This document shows, one piece after another, positions 62,598-64,000 of a stretch of 64,000 bases of DNA; position 1 is the first letter of the stretch; every line of letters starts with the position of its first letter. Source of the stretch: Fimicolochytrium jonesii (taxonomy: Eukaryota); contig NW_026515684.1 of assembly GCF_025526975.1 (NCBI RefSeq), forward strand, positions 62,001-126,000, read 5' to 3'. Both the position numbers and the translations under genes were made by a program. The notes under the pieces were generated by a model, which was given only the letters and a program-made list of their open reading frames with translations, was not told the origin of the DNA and searched no databases.

Positions 62598-64000
62598 ATG
62601 GCACCGGCAGTCACCTCTCCAGGAGTAACCCCTACAGCAGTCTCCACCGCGGACAAACGTGTCCACCCAGAATCCGAAATCAAGGAAAATGGGATGTCCC
62701 CTGAGGTGAGCGGAATTAGCTATAAGGGCAAATCTCTCTTTCTCAAGAATGCTCAGACTTTTTTCTTTCTATTCCTTCAAAAAGCAAATTGCAACGGAGA
62801 AGGAGCTTCAGCATCTCCTGAACATCCCGCCAATCTCTTTGGGTGACAACGCCGAGACCAACTCACGAACCACTCACACCAGACCCGAAGGCGATGACTC
62901 GTACCCCGGACCAAAAAGGAACACCTCAGTCAGGGTTGAAGGTGGAAACGGCAAGGAGAGGCCGGCGGATGATGCCGCTGCCATCGTGTCGTCTGAAGGC
63001 GTCGACGGCGAGACCTTGGTTGTTGTTCCCACAGAATATGTCTTCATCTTTTCCAACCCGAAATCCGGCAACCAACAAGGGCTGCCTCTTGTTCAAATGA
63101 ACATCCAACACTACCGAATGCGTGATAACCCGCACGTACAGGTCCAGCTGTATGACTTCCTCGACGAGAAAGACAGATCAGCCGGATTGAAGTACCTCCA
63201 CCTGCTTCTTACAAAACAAAAATCCATCAAGAAATTGCACGTCTGGAGTGCAGGAGGAGATGGGACGTTGATTGGAGTTGTTGAAGGGATGATTCAGATG
63301 GGACTTGATGTCGAACATGACGAACGCATTTTCTTCAGCGTCATTCCATTCGGTACTGGAAATGACCTTTCTCAAGTTCTCGGTTGGGGTCGATACGTGG
63401 CTGGCAGCGATGTGGCCGGAAAACATCTGGAAGGCTTGAATAAGATCGTTCAAGATCGTTTGAACGGCCACGTAACGCTGTTGGACATCTGGGACGTCGA
63501 ATTGGAGACTGCTGAAGGCGGTTGGGTGCGCGAAGCCGGCAAGGAAAAGACCCGCACCGTGAGGCGCAAGATGTCCAACTATTCGTCGATCGGTCTCCAA
63601 GGTCGCGTCGGGCTCGGGTTCGAGGAGAACCGTCGCGGTTCTCGTGTCAAGAACGCCATGGAGTACAGTCGACAGTCACTCGGTGTCTTGGTACACGGTG
63701 CACCCCCAATCACCAACTGCGTTAAGGCGCTTGTAGCTGCAGGCGATCGCTTCGAGCTCGACGGCAACAAGAAGCTGCGTGTGACGCACGAACCCATCGA
63801 GATGGTCATCCAAAACATCCCAGGGATGTGGGGACGACACGTCGATCTGTGGGGAGTGGCTGAAATGTCCAGATCCATCGTCCGCGAACAGAAAGGCGCC
63901 ACCGACATTTCCAATTGGACGCCTCACTGCGCATATGACGGCAAACTGGAAGTCTTCGGTATCGGTTCCTTACGGTCGTACTTCCGCAAGCAGTTCTCGT
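62598..64000 (+). CDS. ATP-dependent diacylglycerol kinase (DAGK catalytic plus accessory domain); runs off the right edge
   Basis: Main exon is not in the ORF track. Manual translation gives FIFSNPKSGNQQG, VWSAGGDGT, VIPFGTGNDLSQVLGWG, LDIWDV, MSNYSSIG, QNIPGMWG and DGKLEVFG. First exon MAPAVTSPG...MSPE ends at a GTGAGC donor. Confidence 0.92.

Noticed and set aside
1..64000. CRISPR arrays, transposons, rRNA/tRNA, secondary-metabolite or defence cluster
   Set aside because: No repeat-spacer arrays, terminal repeats, transposase/RT motifs or structural RNA signatures were seen; neighbouring genes are functionally unrelated housekeeping loci.

Overview
Gene-dense, intron-rich eukaryotic DNA (short ~60-100 nt GT-AG introns, roughly 50-55% GC). 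The gene content suggests an early-diverging fungus, most likely a chytrid (inference): STE12 with C2H2 fingers, GT15 mannosyltransferase, Laa1, a secreted S41 peptidase and an ATP-dependent DAG kinase. About 25 protein-coding loci can be reconstructed by hand across introns. They include GSH1, PNKP, a CYTH/TTM enzyme, HEATR5/Laa1, SPT2, a 7TM GPCR, KRE2/KTR, the complex I 49 kDa subunit, a CK1-like kinase, Hsp110, STE12, ATP1, ARG7, LEU2 and DGK. I found no rRNA, tRNA, CRISPR array or transposon, and no convincing novel multi-gene system. The most interesting signals appear only after splicing: (1) a single gene joining a fungal Rsc7/Swp82 domain, PHF10-like motifs and an MLL-like triple PHD cassette; (2) a hidden REDIC1/C12orf40-like gene head-to-head with PNKP; (3) a Caprin-like RGG protein; (4) a CK1 with an altered catalytic loop; (5) a propeller-only prolyl-oligopeptidase remnant beside an S41 peptidase that needs a GC-AG intron; (6) paired Gcn4-type sites upstream of LEU2. 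Exon boundaries were read by eye and family calls rest on recalled motifs, not database searches.
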